NCBI GenBank assembly: GCA_964016885.1
Contig: OZ024740.1
Coordinates: 383,284,001 to 383,348,000, forward strand
Length of the DNA stretch: 64,000 nt
Direction of reading: 5' to 3'
From: Eledone cirrhosa
Taxonomy: Eukaryota
The position numbers were made by a program, and so were the translations under genes. Within the stretch, counting starts at the first letter, position 1. Each line of letters opens with the position of its first letter. This document shows positions 13,362-26,776 of the stretch, in pieces. The notes beneath the pieces are model-generated. The model had not been told where the DNA came from, ran no database searches, and saw nothing but the letters and a program-made list of their open reading frames with translations.

Positions 13362-13364
<3 letters not shown>
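13179..13364. mobile_element. Fold-back PLE terminal-repeat mini-element, family A
   Basis: Inverted arms 13179-13232 / 13237-13290; long arm homologous to 26261-26391; (TA)n on both sides. Confidence 0.75.
13233..13277 (+). ncRNA. Hammerhead ribozyme (stem I truncated by the fold-back)
   Basis: CTGATGA 13236-13242; stem II TTC/GAA; GAAA 13255-13258; stem III ACAG/CTGT; GUA triplet; only TTT/GAA of stem I remains. Confidence 0.6.
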
Positions 13365-13409
<45 letters not shown>

Positions 13410-16400
13410 GGTGCGTGGGTGTGTCTGTGTGTGTATGTGTGTGTCTGTGTGTATGTATGTGTGTATGTTTGAGTTCTTATGCAGGTAGAATATGATGATG
13501 ATTGTCATATTAATTCTGGGAATATATATCATGCTACAGCTTATAGATTTAGCGTCGTGATCTTGTAGATATTTTGGACTAGTGCTAAATAAAATAGGCG
13601 AATATTTAAATATCAAATATATTGGAGTCACCATCATTTTTATGTGCAGATGTTAAAGTAATATCTTTCGAGTTTGTGATATATAGTTTTATGTATCATA
13701 TATATATTTTTCTAGTAATGACCCCTAGTTCTTACAACTATATGTATTTAATATGTTGTAGCAATAGAATACGTGTTTTTTTTCTAAAGGAATCGGAAGG
13801 AAAACGCAGAAACGAATGAAACAGGAGTCTGATATATATAAATGCCTAGAAACAAATGACAGAGCAAGTGTGTGTGTATGTGTGCGTGTGTGTTTGTATG
13901 TGTGTGCGTGTGTGTATGTGTGTGTGCATGTGTGAACGTGTGTGTATGTGTGTGTGCATGTGTGAACGTGTGTGTATCGGTGACGTGTGTGTTGTTTCGT
14001 ATCCTAGTCTGCTCTCTTGGAGATTCAAAAGTGATCGTGGTAAAGAGTGTGTAATGCGAAAATTGGAGATTAATGTGCAATAGCTGTATACGGAGAAATG
14101 TTTATGTCTGTGTGTATGAATGTGTGTGTGTCAGTTGTGCCTGATTTAATGTATATGTGTGTGCTAGGGAGCAAGCGTGTGAGCATTTGTGTTCGTTGAC
14201 ATCCAAACATATACAGTCGAGAAGGACAAATAACCCAAAAATGTCAATTAGCATGAACAACATATCTGATGAATAATAATTTCACCGGTATTATTAACCC
14301 GCGGTACCTATATATTTATATTGCTTATCAAATATGAATCAACTACGTTTGTCAGTATAATTTGAACAACTGTGATGTTCCAAAAACTTGGATTGTGCAT
14401 TGTCAACGTGTTTACTATACAAGTTTCTGCTTACTCAAAGGATAGAATGTGGGTATTTATTCTCGGATATAAATCTACGAATAAATGAAAAAAATCAGAT
14501 TGAGGTCAAATTTTTTAACATCGTTGCATATTTTTTATGGGTATTAAACCGTATATAGATTACATTACATATTATCAAAACACTATGTGAATTAGATAAT
14601 TATTAGCCTATACAATGTTATGCAAATTGCGCTCACGAATTTGAATGAGATATGAATATTATAAACCCTAAAATTCTGTGACCTATACCATATTCTCTAA
14701 GGAAGGATTGATACGAACACGATGCAATAGCAAATTGTTTTAATATTTGGAGATTATTCAATAAAATACATGTGAAGTGGAATAGTAGACAGATTTTTAT
14801 ATATATATATTTTCAGTATTTTTTTATTCACATATATCATGCACTATGCATGCATCCTTGCAAGAAAATGTATCTCAGTTTTTTGCACAACTGATTTGCA
14901 TTCCAGCCATGCAACATTCGGCATCAAACCAATCAAATGCATAATTATAACTTATTTAATATATCTGCACGTGCTCATACATAAACGCCAAGTGAAAACA
15001 TCACGATCTTCTGGAGACGGTCATACAAAACCAAGTTATATATAAACAAAATCAGTGTTAATGATATTCACAATAAACGGATTATCTATATAAGATCACT
15101 GAATATATATAAAATTATATAAACCAATAATTTAAACCAAGTACCATTTAAAACTTGAATACACAAATTAGGTATGACACAGTGGAGAATCCATTAGTGT
15201 GATGGGCAGAGAATAGTCATATGATTGTTGGTGCCTGTTACTTTTACAACTGGTATACGTGGCGCGTGCCTCGAGATTCATTCTCTTTCTCTAGCTTGTT
15301 GTACATTCCTAGATTATTAGTGGTCCAGTGTCTAGAACTCAACAATTTAAGTCTCAAATAATATTAGAGTATAACGCCTCCTCAATGAAAATATGCCATT
15401 TTTTATCCCCTCCTCGCAGTCCGTATCTTAATTCGATTTTTCTCCTTTTCTATAGACAATAACTGTAAACTTCAAATCGATGCATGGGAAGGTCCTTCTC
15501 AAGCATTTCCTTCTAAAAGTTTGGTCTTGCTGGCTTTCCCTTCCTCAAACATTTAGCTTTTATTTCGTTCTGCCAGCCCCCAAAATGCTCATATTAAAGC
15601 TGAGTTCCCCCGAAGATGTTTCTCCGGCATATATTACTACAGCCAGAAGAGACGAGATAATAAGGGGGACTCTTACACCCCTCTGTCGATTTGCCAGAAA
15701 TATATAATATTTGCACCTATAATATTAGCAAATTGCATCCTACCATTTTAAATATGAACACATTTAACAATCTAATTTTAGATATAAAAAATAACGGTTA
15801 AGACATGAAATAGTTTTGATCATAATATTGCTCGATCATATTTGACCTGAGTCAAACAGGAGCGACACCGTAATCAATTGGAACTGCAACAACTTCACAC
15901 GTCAGTGCATAACTATGATTTTCTCCTTCACAAATTGTTTATCCCCGACTCTATTCAGATACAGACAAGCAATTGAAGACAATATTTTAAGTTAGTAGTT
16001 ACTCATATTTAAGTAAGGTTTTATCCCCTGGAGTCGCAATTTATTAACTCAGAATTTATTTCTGATTTCCATAAACGTACAAAACTCCAATTCTACTTCC
16101 ATAGAAATAAATATACCTTTTGCTTTCTAGACATTACTGTATAAAGTTCATAAATTAATAAAAACACCATGGGAATGTATCAGCTGAAGAAGTATTTTCA
16201 ATTTGTTATGTAAAATATTAATGACATTGATTAAGTTTCACCCCGGTCAGCTCTGCCCAAGAAGACCTATCATCAAAAGTGTTTATACAATCATTATTCA
16301 ATCCACCCCACAAACATTACCATCTTATCTAACCCTACGATAGCCACTTATATGTCTTCGAAATGGATTTAAAAACGATTTGCAACACTTTGTCTGTCAA

Positions 16401-16480
16401 TCAAGTGAAAGCTGAGATGTTGGCACACAATACATTTTTACATGTTTATAGTTCATGTGTATTATTGACTTATCTTCATG

Positions 16481-16667
16481 GGCGATGGATTGGCAGTATC
16501 GGTAGAGGGTCGGACGCCATGCTTTGACGCATAGAGTTACGGTCTTTGCCATTCTGAGTTCAAATCCCGCCGAGGTTAACTTTGCCTTTCATCCTTACGG
16601 GGTCGATAAAATAAAGTACCAGTAATGCACTGGATAATTGCTGGCCTTGTGCCAAAAAGTAGAAACA
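16481..16667 (+). mobile_element. Nin-like tRNA SINE, full length
   Basis: 20-bp TSD ATTATTGACTTATCTTCATG at 16461-16480 and 16668-16687. Confidence 0.9.
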
Positions 16668-16711
16668 ATTATTGACTTATCTTCATGTTGATTAATTTTT
16701 TTTTATTTCAG

Positions 16712-16943
16712 GTTGTCCGCCTTTGGTTTACCCATTTCGATCTTGGTTACCTTGTCGGGGATCCTTGCAGTGCACGGAACGATCGACTACTACTTCAAGA
16801 GCGAGTGCCCGGTAATGGGCTAGAAACATTTTGTGCAGGTGCACACACAAAAGAAATAATAACAAAGACAAATAATGTAAGTTTGGTGTTTATAACTGAC
16901 GCCAACCATGACGCCCCCGGATTCAGAATATTTTATAATGCCG
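16712..16943 (+). CDS. Exon: C-terminal half of a CUB domain
   Basis: Acceptor TTTTTATTTCAG, donor G|GTAAGT; VVRLWFTHFDL...C...DRLLL...FCAG...TNNVSLVFITD...PGFRIFY fits the CUB consensus; phase 0 in, phase 1 out. Confidence 0.85.
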
Positions 16944-17362
16944 GTAAGTAACGTCAATGTATTTTCAATGTTACGATTTTCAAAGTTGACCTCCAGATAC
17001 ATTAGAAATTGAACAGATGTACGTTGAAAGTATTCCAGCCCTAGGGCCATTCCAATTCTATAAGTGGACTGCAATTTGTCCGCAATTTGCACATTTATAA
17101 GCAGCCACATACAATTTTCCTCTTTGACACAGTGTATGGGCTTTCATTTTGTCGAGATATTTTAAGTGAGTTACTATTTAATCATTTGGATTCTACATTT
17201 GACATTTATATGTGGCGCTTCTACTTCCACGATATAGATGAATAAAATAAAGGGCTCATATATACATACTAATTTTCACTATAAATCGAGAAACAGGAGA
17301 GTATGTTCAGCAGCCTGTAATGAGGATTGAGAGAAGCGGGTTCATCATTACTTATAGCTATA

Positions 17363-17765
17363 AGAGCGGTCGATTGGCAGTATCGGTCGAGCGCCGGGCG
17401 ACATGCTTTTCAGCATAGAGTTACCACCCTTTATAATCTGAGTTCAAATCCCACCGCGGTTAACTTTGCCTTTCATCCTTACGGGGTCGATAAAATAAAG
17501 TACCAGTCACGCACTTGGGTCGATTTAATCGACTTTACCCTCCCCCAAAATTGCTGGCCTTGTGCCTATATAAGAAACCGGAGGATTGGCGGTATCGGTA
17601 GAGGGTCGGACGCCATGCTTTGACGCATAGAGTTACGGTCCTTGCCATTCTGAGTTCAAATCCCGCCGAGGTTAACTTTGCCTTTCATCCTTTCGGGGTC
17701 GATAAAATAAAGTACCAGCAATTCACTGGTGAATTGCTGGCCTTGTGCCAAATGTAGAAACAATT
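17363..17765 (+). mobile_element. Head-to-tail SINE dimer
   Basis: Two Nin-like SINE copies (about 17363-17579 and 17580-17765) inside one TSD ATTACTTATAGCT (17347-17359, 17766-17778). Confidence 0.8.
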
Positions 17766-18050
17766 ATTACTTATAGCTGTGAATTGGCTGAGCCTTGTGC
17801 TATTTCATCAGTCTCCATGTACACTAAGCACACGTCCCGACGAGGATTAGTATCGCCTTTTAAAACAAAAGATGTCAGATGGATTCGAACTCGAGAAAGG
17901 ATATCGATTCCTATTTTGTCCCTTTCTGTTTATTATGTTACCAATTACAGGACATTAAAAAACATATTTTCTGATTATTTGCTGATAACACATTTAATCA
18001 AACCTGTTCAATGGGTATTTGCTGAGATAGGTAACACCTTTACAATCATG

Positions 18051-18107
<57 letters not shown>

Positions 18108-18110
<3 letters not shown>

Positions 18111-18311
18111 CGAATAACGAATGAAGTGTGGTAAGGAACCAGGTGGAACATAACGCACCAGAGTACTCAATACTTTGGGTTGTAGAGTGGGAAATAGGTA
18201 AATGTTCAAGACCCTAACGACAGAGCTCAAGCCGTTTCGACGGCTATTTCTTGACTCAAGAAATAGCCGTCGAAACGGCTTGAGCTCTGCCGTCGAAGTC
18301 TTGAATATTTT

Positions 18312-18316
<5 letters not shown>
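18108..18316. mobile_element. Fold-back PLE mini-element, family B
   Basis: Hairpin 18194-18315 centred on 18255; homologous to PLE 3' end 36833-36971; flanked by (TA)n. Confidence 0.8.
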
Positions 18317-18391
<75 letters not shown>

Positions 18392-19843
18392 AGTGAATAT
18401 ATGTATATGCATATATGTATACATACTGCAGAATATTCTCTATCCAATGACTGAATATCTTACCCCTTCGCTAGAACATACGATTTCTCATATATTATAA
18501 AAGATCAGTCACATATGCAAAATGCCTAAGAGATTATGTCCAGCACTAGAGTAAATAATTGCATTCTATTTCTGTACTGCGTAGTTAATTCTTTAAAGAA
18601 AAGGTGGGATAGTGTATGATAATAGTATATGCGTGTATGTATGACCGTGTTAGTCTTTGTTTTAAAATTCTTTTTTGCTACACATACTCATTCGGATTGC
18701 AGTTCCTGAAAATTCATAAGATCTACAGTGGTATATCGATTTATAATTTATTTGTCAGTGCTCTATTGATTACTAACTTTACACATACAAACCAAAGAGG
18801 ATGATTGTAAGAAAATATTAAAAAAAAAATATATATATATATAAGTTCAAAATGAGAAAATCTCTTACGTGTCATTACCTCTGATGATTGTATATTCTAA
18901 AATATATTTCTCAAAGAATGTAGATATGTTTTCCTCATAAAGTATACAAGTTTTATCTTTCTTTACAATTATTTGAAAGTATTTTTTATTTACTTTTATG
19001 GTGGTATTAGTACTGTATGATATTATGCGTGTATGTACGTGCGGTTGATATGTTTATGAACTGTGTCTATGTTTCTAGAAAAATGTACAGATGTAAAGTG
19101 GAGATAATTTCCTGCATATGTAAAATTTCTTTTTAATTCTTCAGTTATTAGGTTTTTACATGTGTGCATACCCACATACACACACACGCGCACACACACA
19201 CACTCACACACACATATATATGCGGGGTGCTGCATGTGAGTGTGTGTGCCAGTGTGTTTTATAACAGGGTGCTGTAGTTTGTTTTCATCATTGCATTAGT
19301 GCATATAGTAATATGTTATTCGAAGCCAACGAAAATGTTAATGAGTGACCTGTTATTTTACTTGCCTCTTCTAATATTTCGGGACTAGAATCCGTTCATC
19401 AGAAGTCTATGATAAAAACTGGCTCGGAGTTCATTATTTAGTTGTTATTAGCTCCCCTTTTTACTTCATTTGTTTGCAAGCTCTGTTCTATTCCTATCTC
19501 CAGAAGTAATGGGAGGATGACGTCGTCTGTGGTATCACATGGCGTATAATGTTGTATGTGCCTCCCGGCGTGTTCCTGTAGAAAATTGTGTGCTTTTGTC
19601 TATGCTTTATTTCAAATTACCTCCATGCAAATATAGTGAGATATTCTGTTATCGGAATGGTGTTTGTGGCGGTGATGGCGAGGGTGGTGGTAGTGGTGGT
19701 GGCAGTATTCATGCCAGACGTTTGATGATTTTTGTTGTATTTGTTTTCATGTATTGTTCCTGTGATGGTGACAGAGGTGTTGAAGTGTTTTCATTGCTGC
19801 TAATTAATTTGATAGTTTATAATTGTTGTTGATATTTTTGATG

Positions 19844-19874
<31 letters not shown>

Positions 19875-20174
19875 TATCGTTGTTTTATGAATTGTAGTTT
19901 TCCCATCTTTTCCGCAGCCGGCTGTTCGGATTTGCTGAGAAAATTCGCCATGTTATTCTCAAATTGCCGAGGGGCGTGTAAGGAAAATTAACACGGGTTT
20001 AACTCACAAGGGTTACTGATATAGAAAAACTAACCAGTTCACTAAGATCCTATAGTAAAATTATGTCGATTTACAAAAATAAAATAAAATAAAGTAAATA
20101 AATAAAATAATAATAACGAAAACAACAATAACAACAACAACAACAACAACAATAATAATAATAATAGTAATAAT

Positions 20175-20232
20175 AATTGTTTCTACTTTAAGCACAAGGC
20201 CAGCAAATACCCAGTGCATCACTGGTACTTTA
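20175..20232 (-). mobile_element. SINE 3' fragment
   Basis: AATTGTTTCTACTTT..GCACAAGGCCAGCAA..CCCAGTGCATCACTGGTACTTTA within an (AAT)n tract. Confidence 0.7.
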
Positions 20233-20257
20233 TAATAATAATAATAATAATAACAAT

Positions 20258-21240
20258 GATTTCATCTATTAGCCACAAGGGTCGACATGTAGGGGACACT
20301 ACAAAGACAGGGACAGTGGGGGTTTATAATAAGAGCGAGTAAAAGTGCCTAATGGCAAGACTAATTTAACAATGAAGATATACAAATATAAAATAAATTA
20401 TGCATAAATATAACAAAATAAATTCCTCGATAGGGGGTGGACGACCCTGGAGTGACTCAGGTACCCCACCCTGTGCTTCTAGGGCACCCAGGGAGAGCAC
20501 CCATCTCCTCAAGTTAGCTAGCCTATAGGCGCATGGTCAGAGAGTAGGCACATTCACACGGGTCATTCTCGCCACATTCATCCACCTTTTAGCAAATGTA
20601 CTGGGAGGGGGGGGGGGCAGCACTTCTCTCTCCACCCTCACCTTCATTTCCATGTGAAACTTGAAGAATTTGATGAGGGATTGGGCCAAGAGAAAAAGTG
20701 TCTGTCTTCAGTCCTTTTAATCTGGTCCACCATATAACCACATTCGCAAATGCCACCAGACAAAGGAAAATTTCCTGCTCTTCCTGACCAAAGGAAGGCG
20801 GCGGGTCGATCTTCACTATGGACTCAGCCGGTAGCCGGATTCGTTCCACACGCGAGAGTAGCTGTTCGACATAACTCCACAAGTCAGTAATGCACGGACA
20901 TTGGACAAGTGCGTGCAGAACGGTTTCGTCGTTCTGTGTGCATATTGGGCAGGTCCGTCTGACAGCACTTCCGTGCCTGTAGAATTTATCCCGAACCGGC
21001 AGTGCCCCCCGATACCACTGCCAAGCGAAGGATTTCTGGAAATTGTCCATCGTCCCCGCCTCGAAAGTCCCCTAGTACAGACTGGTCAGTTCGACTTCGT
21101 CGAGGCCCAAAGCTTCTAAGAATGTGTCATCGCACTAATCCTCTATAGAAATCGAGAGAGAAAGTTCCACTGATCGCATTGCCCGCTTGGTAGAGGGCAG
21201 TGAATGCCTGGCAACATTGCAGGTGCCAGTCACCCGGTCT
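20258..21240 (-). mobile_element. Tx1/L1-clade LINE 3' fragment (zf-RVT domain)
   Basis: ORF 20589-21050: FAWQWYRGALPV...CPIC...ETVLHALVQC...LW, a CCHC zinc-binding motif typical of the L1/Tx1 ORF2 C-terminus; degenerate. Confidence 0.8.
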
Positions 21241-21713
21241 CGGTCTCTTCTTGACCCTTCACTCACTCATTCTCTGTTACTACTTCTCCTCCTCCTCCTT
21301 CTTCCCGTTTGACCTGTGTGTAATTCTTTTCTTTCGCACCCTTGGTCTGGCAGGTCGCTTTTTTCTCTCTCTCGTCTACGATTTCACAGAACTTACGTTC
21401 ACCGAATTCACAGACTAGATCCCTTCTTCCTCCCATTAGACCTGTACAGAATTCCTTCCTTGCTCACATTCCAACCAGGTTTGATGGTCTTTATTCTCTC
21501 TCGTTCACGATTTCACCGAATTTAAATTCATAGAAATTTGGGACTTGACTCATTCTTCCTCATTTTTCGTTGCTTCAGCATCCTTGTTTGTTTACACTCG
21601 TGTCCCCTTTAATTGCGTGTCCCAACGCCTTTTTTTAGCCGTTGCTTGTACCAACCGGAGGTATATGAAATACCAATGATGGTTGGAAGATCACTGATGA
21701 AGGATTAACTTTA

Positions 21714-21770
<57 letters not shown>

Positions 21771-21861
21771 TAATGATGCACAATTAACCCAAAGCGAAAA
21801 TATTCATACCCTATTTATGAATATATCAAAAGTTATGATATTCATCTAGAAATATAATTAA

Positions 21862-21942
21862 TAATTGTTTCTACTTTTGTCACAAGGCCAGCAATTAATC
21901 CAGTGCATTACTGGTACTTTATTTTATCGACCCCATAAGGAT
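21862..21942 (-). mobile_element. SINE 3' fragment
   Basis: Matches the SINE 3' 80 nt. Confidence 0.75.
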
Positions 21943-24831
21943 GTTATTTGCATTTTCTATCACTTCAAGTATGCTCCTGATACAATGTTATATTAGTAAT
22001 ATTCTTCTTCTCATCATCATCACCAACGTAACCATAATCATGCTCAAACAACACACTGAACTGTTCGGATAATCTGCATCAGGCAACGAGCAAAACCTTT
22101 CCACCAAAATGGATAAGAATGGCAGCCATTGCTCCCTCAACCGCATACCCTAACATCTTTAAAAAGACTCTAAACCATTGTGAACCGCAATAAATTATGT
22201 TATAAATTATGAGAGGAAATGTCTACAACAATGAAACTTCAATACAGAGATGAATTCTAATTGGAGAACAGGGCCTAATCATTTTACAGGATATTCCCAA
22301 GAGATATTGTTCCGATTCAAGTCATTTATTCATGATTGCTTCTGGTGGAAGTGCATACATATATGTTTCTCGAGCCCCAGAGGACTCATAGCATTTAAGC
22401 GGTTGATATTTATATTTACCCTATTTAAATTAATCACGGAAAGAAAACTGTGATTAGAGGAGGGTTTTATGCGGATTAGGTAGTGAGTACGCCTGTCACA
22501 TGGAAGAAAAGGATAGATGATAAGAAAAGAAGCAATGGATATCTTGGTGTGAAATCGTATAAACAAGTCTGAAGATCAGAGCCCGTTGTAGGTGCGAGAG
22601 AATAGATACAGCGATGAATTATTGCTTCGCAGAATAGTCATGAAGTGTGTTTGTATTGAGATTACACCAACAACTATATTATCTTCTCTGAGATGTGCTC
22701 CAGGATTATTGGATATGTAGGAGTGTTTTAATATGCGACATATCTGTCTCCTTTCTTCTTGATAGAAACGCAACAACTGTTAGATGCTAAGTATTTTATG
22801 ACTCAGACACCGATGTTCGTCTTTTGGCGTTGCAGTTGTCGCTATGCGATGAATATGACGTCATTCGGAGAGACAATCTTGTTACCTTATTTTTAGGACG
22901 AGCCATTTGGAAGTTGTGACAATACTAAAACAAATAAAAGCAACAGATATGTAATTGATATAAGCTGAAAAGTGTAAGAATGTAGAACAGTAATCCGTAT
23001 GTGTGCTAATAGCATATGTGTTTCTTTTCTCTGATTAAAAACTTCATTTAGTAATGGAGTTTCGAAAATGAGTATATCTTTCCTGCTACCATTGCATGAA
23101 TTTCAACTTTGAGAAATTGTATTACCTGTTAATCAGTCATAGTAATTTTTACGATTTCAAAAGTAGGTGAAGCCAATTAGTTTTGAATTTCAGTCAAAGA
23201 AAAAAGCAAAACTTGCTAATTACAAACCTTGTCAAAGAATTCTTATATCTAATTGAAAAAAATTTGACTTGATATGATGGATGTAGCATTTAAACACATC
23301 TACTGAGATAACTAAATTGAATCTAATGTTGAGGTGACAAATGCGTTTAAAACCCATTAATGGGGATATTACAGATGTTGTTTGAAGCTGCTTTACTTTT
23401 GACTTTTGTCCCTTTGAGATTACTCAAACAAACGGAAGACGGTACGATAGATGCAGTACAGTAATAGTAGCTTCGATATCTGTTGCTTGCGGAGGCTTTC
23501 TATTACTATTTCTCTTCTTCGTATTGGGGACTGGCATCACGAATAAAGCAAAATATTGTTGTCGTGTGATACCGCTATGTTTCTAAATGTAGGAATGTCT
23601 ACATGCATATATATATAATAAACATTTAAGATAACGCATTACTATTAAAATCATTGATCCAGAAAAATAAATCATTAATCCAGAAAAAAAAAAGTGTTTG
23701 GTAAAATCTAAGTGGCGTTCTACATTGTTTTATGGCAAAAGTTAAGTGTTGTCTTTATTGTTGTGTTATTAGTCCAACATTCTAAACATTATTGTAAAGT
23801 TTTATTATTTAGAGCACTTTAGAATTATATAGCTCTGTTTGGTTTATTTTAAAGAGTTTTATATTCATATCTACGAAATCAAAACAAGAACTTCTTTATG
23901 CGAGACATGACAACCATAAACCAGGATAAAAATGATAATAACAGCGAGGGAAAACAATTTATTACCACCAAGGATAATATATATTCGTCATGTAATTGGA
24001 TAAAATACTGGTTATGGTATGATTAGTAATTTTTGTAGATTTCTTTCTTCGTAACTCTTCATTATTTTTCGTGGTTCGTTTAAGTTTTAGGTTTGTATGT
24101 ATTCATATTATTTTTCTAATTGGAATCAATAGCAAAAGATGCTATCAAAATAGCAAGACACGCGATTTTTTATACAAGCTAACGAAGCATATTTGATTAC
24201 ATCTTGCCGAAAGCTTAACAAACAAGTAAACGCATACAGATTCTTTCTCACAATGCATAACACACATAAATACACACATAAACACACATTTAAACACACA
24301 TGGATGGGAAGGTATAAGCATATGCGTTATATGTATATGTTCGTGCTAGGATAAAAACCACCCACCGAGTGATTTTCTGATACTTATTATTTTTCTTTTT
24401 TTGTGCAAAAACATGTGCTTCGTAATGTAGCTATATTTTTTACCTACAAATAGTACAATCTCTAACCGACATGTCTCGTCTTGAAATGTATTTAATACAA
24501 CGACCTTTATTCTCTAAAAAAATCGTGAGCATTCAGCATGATTATGGAAAAACGGAAAATGGACCACAAAAAACTGATGCATAATTGAAAGCCCATCACA
24601 GATCACTAAATGAGATTCCAGGCAGTAACAATATTCCAAGAAAAGAGTATTTTTATATCGAATTTCGAATATCCTCTAGTGTCTATTCTCGGAGAAGGAC
24701 ACGAATTTGAAACAACATATTTGAATTTAAATCTTATTTCTTCAAATGCTTAAGTAAAATACATATATTTAATGAAGCTAGAAAACCATGCGGAGACCCA
24801 TCCAGATATTCACATTCACATATTTTTATGT

Positions 24832-24867
24832 GTATATATATATATATATATACATACATATATATAT

Positions 24868-24966
<99 letters not shown>

Positions 24967-24977
24967 CATATATATAT

Positions 24978-25064
<87 letters not shown>

Positions 25065-25116
25065 TATATGTTTGAATTGTGTATCTCTCTCTCTCTCTCT
25101 CTCTCTCGCTCTCTCG

Positions 25117-25156
<40 letters not shown>

Positions 25157-25263
25157 GTATGTATGGTGGTTTTTCGTTATATATGTGTATATGTGTGTGT
25201 GTGTGTGTGTATATGTATGTATGTGTTTGTGTGTGTGTATGTATATGTATATATTTGTTTATG

Positions 25264-25326
<63 letters not shown>

Positions 25327-25576
25327 TTGTGTGTATGTGTGTGTATGTGTATATATATATGTATATATGTGTGTATATATATGTATTATATGTATGTATA
25401 TATATATATGTGTATATATATATATGTGTGTGTATATATATATATATGTATGTGTATATATATGTATATGTATACACATGTATATTTGTGTGTATGTATG
25501 TATGTGTGTGAGTGTATATATATGTGTATATATATATGTGTGTGTGTGTGTGTATATATATGTGTGTGTGTATGTG

Positions 25577-25623
<47 letters not shown>

Positions 25624-25670
25624 ATGTGTATGTATATGTATATATGTGTGTATATATATATATATATATA
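24832..25670. repeat. Compound microsatellite (TA)n/(CT)n/(TG)n
   Basis: Directly visible; source of many spurious YI/CV ORFs. Confidence 0.95.
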
Positions 25671-25827
25671 CTCTTTTACTCTTTTACCTGTTTCAGCCAT
25701 CCGGCTGTGTGTGTGTTTTTATGTGTGTATATGTGAATATGTATGTGTGTTTATGGTTGCGCGCGAGTGTGTGAGTGAGCGTGTTTTTTTGTGAATGTGT
25801 CTGTTGATTTTTGGCATATAGTTGAAT

Positions 25828-26391
25828 AGCTTAAGAGAAGTTCGAAGATAATTGTAAGATATGTACTCAGTATTTTGAATCTGTCTACAGAATTCTCTAA
25901 ACCTTTGTCACTTAGTAGAACCTTAATGAATTTAGCTTTTAAAGAATCTCCCTTTCCTTTAATTCTATCGACCATGACTGACCCCCCACTGATTTTATAG
26001 ACATCTGTTAGCTTAAGAGAAACTTAATGACAAGGAATGGTATGCCATCCGGAACCTGTTTATAGAATTCTGTCTGCCTTTGTTACTCTAAAATCAAAAA
26101 TTAATAAAAATAAAAATAAAGATAAACTATAGCTTTGTAGAATTAGCTTTTAATGAATTCCCTTTTCTATCAATCAATGACCTTCACCCATCCCACTCCC
26201 CACCCTCTCCTACCACTTGTAGAGACCTATAAATACCATATTTATTTTTTGATACCCAGATTCCTGATGATTTCTAAAGAATGAAACAGTTCTAGTCCTG
26301 TAGAATCTCATCTATATTAAAACCTTTATACTCTGCAATGTATTGAGTACCTTGCTTACTGTGGTTACCTTCGATTCAACCCGGAATAACG
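25828..26391 (+). mobile_element. PLE 3' terminal repeat, family A
   Basis: Contains the hammerhead at 26258; 3' part homologous to 13236-13364; ends in (TA)n; 5' boundary approximate. Confidence 0.55.
26258..26308 (+). ncRNA. Type I hammerhead ribozyme with full stem III
   Basis: Stem I AGATTC/GAATCT; CTGATGA 26264-26270; stem II TTC/GAA closed by U.U; GAAA 26283-26286; stem III ACAG/CTGT with loop TTCTAGTC; GUA triplet ending 26302. Confidence 0.75.
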
Positions 26392-26506
26392 TATATATAT
26401 ATATATATATATATATACATAAAAATATGTGAATGTGAATATCTGGATGGGTTTCCGCGTGGTTTTCTAGCTTTGTTAAATATATGTATTTATGTATAAA
26501 AAAAAA

Positions 26507-26704
26507 TGTGTGGTAAGAAACCAGGTGGACCATAACGCACCATAGTATTTGGGAAGTATTTGAGGATCGATATTTAGGGTAGTAGAGTGGGTAATAGGAA
26601 AAGAGTCAGGACCACGACGGCCGTTTCGACAGCTAGATCTGAACGTGTTCGGGTCTAGCTGTCGAAATGGCTAGACCTCAGCCATCGGGGTCGTGACGCT
26701 TTTT

Positions 26705-26709
<5 letters not shown>
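26507..26709. mobile_element. Fold-back PLE mini-element, family B variant
   Basis: Hairpin centred about 26645 (GACAGCTAGATCTGAAC/GTTCGGGTCTAGCTGTC); same long tail as 18108 and 37704; ends TTCCTA(TA)n. Confidence 0.7.

Positions 26710-26776
<67 letters not shown>

Noticed and set aside
14266-14306. CTGATGA-ATAATA/TATTAT-TAAC-CCGCGG-TA
   Set aside because: GAAA replaced by TAAC and no stem I; at best a decayed ribozyme
18881-18950. CTGATGA followed by a long stem
   Set aside because: No GAAA or stem III after the helix
19367-19405. Minus-strand CTGATGA...GAAATATTA
   Set aside because: Stem I and the base of stem II do not pair properly
24772-25794. 340-aa ORF and similar [12 protein letters not shown] ORFs (5443, 12472, 36917, 52802 and others)
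   Set aside because: Translations of stop-free dinucleotide microsatellites
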